A DNA stretch of 63,887 bases, filler included, from Nemertoderma westbladi (taxonomy: Eukaryota > Animalia > Xenacoelomorpha), in the NCBI GenBank assembly GCA_032718475.1. It is 3 parts of 3 records of this genome, joined end to end, with 100 filler letters (N's around TTAATTAATTAA, not from the genome) between each part and the next. Parts side by side here need not be neighbours in the genome. Positions count along the whole stretch, not along the records: positions 46,043 to 63,887 come from JAUCBJ010002334.1; 2 more parts are not named here. One strand, written 5' to 3'. A program made the translations under genes and the position numbers. Of this stretch, positions 62,325-63,887 are shown piece after piece (the first letter of the stretch is position 1; every line of letters starts with the position of its first letter). The notes below the pieces were generated by a model. That model saw nothing but the letters and a program-made list of their open reading frames with translations, was not told where the DNA came from and ran no database searches.

Positions 62325-63887
62325 GGAAAGAGTCCCGGCTCAAACAGACTACAGCAGCCAAGAATGCAGTTAAGGCTACATCTAGGTCCCTGAACAGGCA
62401 GTACTCTGTTAATCTACAGGAGCTAATAAACCAACAGGTTGCTGCCATCAATGATGCTGACGACAGCAGGCAATCATCCCAGGCATGGAAATCGATCAAT
62501 CTGCTTACTGGGCGGAAAAGCCAACCAACCACCAAGGTTAAGGCTGAATCACCAGCCGATCGCCTCAATGGTTGGAAAGCCCACTTTGAAAAGCTCATCA
62601 ATAATGACAGGTTATTGCCTGATAACTTTATAGAAGTAAAAGTGTCTGAGTCTGTACTCCCAGATATTCCCATTGGCGATATCTCCTTTGCAGAAGTGAA
62701 GGCTGCTGCAAAGAGCATTAAGACCAATCGTGCCAGTGGAGTAGATGGTGTTCCCCCTGAGATCTTTAAAATACCTGAGTGTTTAAAGCTCATCTATCCC
62801 ATCATAGTAGACATGTACCGAACAACAAGAGTCCCACAAGAAATGAAAACAAATAAGTTGGTGCCAGTTCCCAAGAAGGGCAACCTAACACTCTATGGTT
62901 CTTTTCGGGGAATCTCATTGATCTCGATTACTGCAAAGCTATACAATAGAATTCTATTAAATCGCATCAGGGATCCCATTGAGAGACTGCTCCGTGGAAA
63001 TCAGAATGGGTTCCATAAAGGTCGTGGGACCATGGAACCCATTTTGGCACTTAGAAAGATAATTGAAGAGTTATTAAAAAAGAAAGACAGGCATCCGGCT
63101 GTTATCTTTTTTGACTTCTTCAAGGCCTTTGATTCAGTCTCTCGCTCACGTATGTTCAGCATACTTTCATTATATGCGATTCCTGATGAAATTATTGCAG
63201 CAATCAGATCAGTATATGACGGTTCGACAACATTTGTGTCTACTGTTGATGGTGACACAGAACCATTTGAAGTGTTATGGGGCGTCCTCCAAGGAGACAC
63301 ACTTGCACCATTCTTGTTCATTATTGTGGTTGACTATGTTCTACGCATGTCCTTAGATCATTATAATGATGATGGGGTGATGATAACTCCACCTACTGGC
63401 TCCAGAAGTCGAGGAAATCCTGCCAAGTACCTAACTGATCTAGACTTTGCTGATGACTTAGGAGTAATCTCAGAATCATTAGAGGGAGCCCAACGGCTCC
63501 TCAGCTCATTAGAACATGCTGCTTCTAATGTTGGTCTTTTTATTAACTCCAGAAAGACCAAAATTCTGACAGTTAACTTTGAAAGTCCTCAGCAAGTCTC
63601 TGATCGGATGAGCATAAGCTCAAAGGATGGTATGCTTGAGCATGTGGACGACTTCTGTTACCTGGGATCATGGATCCGGAAGTCAGGTGAGGACCTTCGA
63701 ATACGTAAGGGAAAGGCATGGGCAGCCTTGAATAGGCTTTCCAGGATTTGGAAGTCACCTAGAATTAATCGGAAACTTAAGGTCCGATTATTTAAAGCAG
63801 CAGTAGTTCCAGTACTCCTCTACGTGAGTCCATGCTGGGCTCTAACTGCTGAGGACACCAAATCTCTGGATGGCACATTCACAAGAA
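62325..63887 (+). mobile_element. 5'-truncated RTE LINE with an apparently open RT frame running off the window
   Basis: Highly similar to 52930-54430; reads RASGVDGVPPE, PVPKKGNL, QNGFHKGR, DFFKAFD, QGDTLAP, DFADD, YLGSWI with no stop seen by eye; begins after a poly-C tract. Confidence 0.9.

Overview
This is AT-rich, repeat-dense animal (invertebrate-like) genomic DNA, not prokaryotic. Two artificial 100-nt N/TTAATTAATTAA linkers (18349-18448, 45943-46042) join three contigs, so adjacency across them is unproven. Contig 1 holds a full-length but decayed RTE LINE, a truncated YTH-domain pseudogene, a ~6 kb decayed RTE-X-like LINE whose ORF1 region carries a Ulp1/C48 (SUMO-protease-like) domain, and an uninterrupted ORF for an unusual YTHDF-type m6A reader with coiled-coil repeats. 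Contig 2 holds a ~2059-aa MED13 gene with only two coding exons, an intronless HIG1-domain gene, an L2/Crack LINE fragment, a tRNA-derived SINE and many TSD-delimited MITEs, several of which share one internal ~50-bp motif. Contig 3 is almost all repeat: tandem Helitron-like elements with a (GGCTC)n microsatellite, RTE copies and a 50/62-bp satellite. The best leads are the Ulp1-bearing APE-type LINE, the domain-shuffled YTH copies and the motif shared across MITE families. All calls are by eye; no database searches were run.
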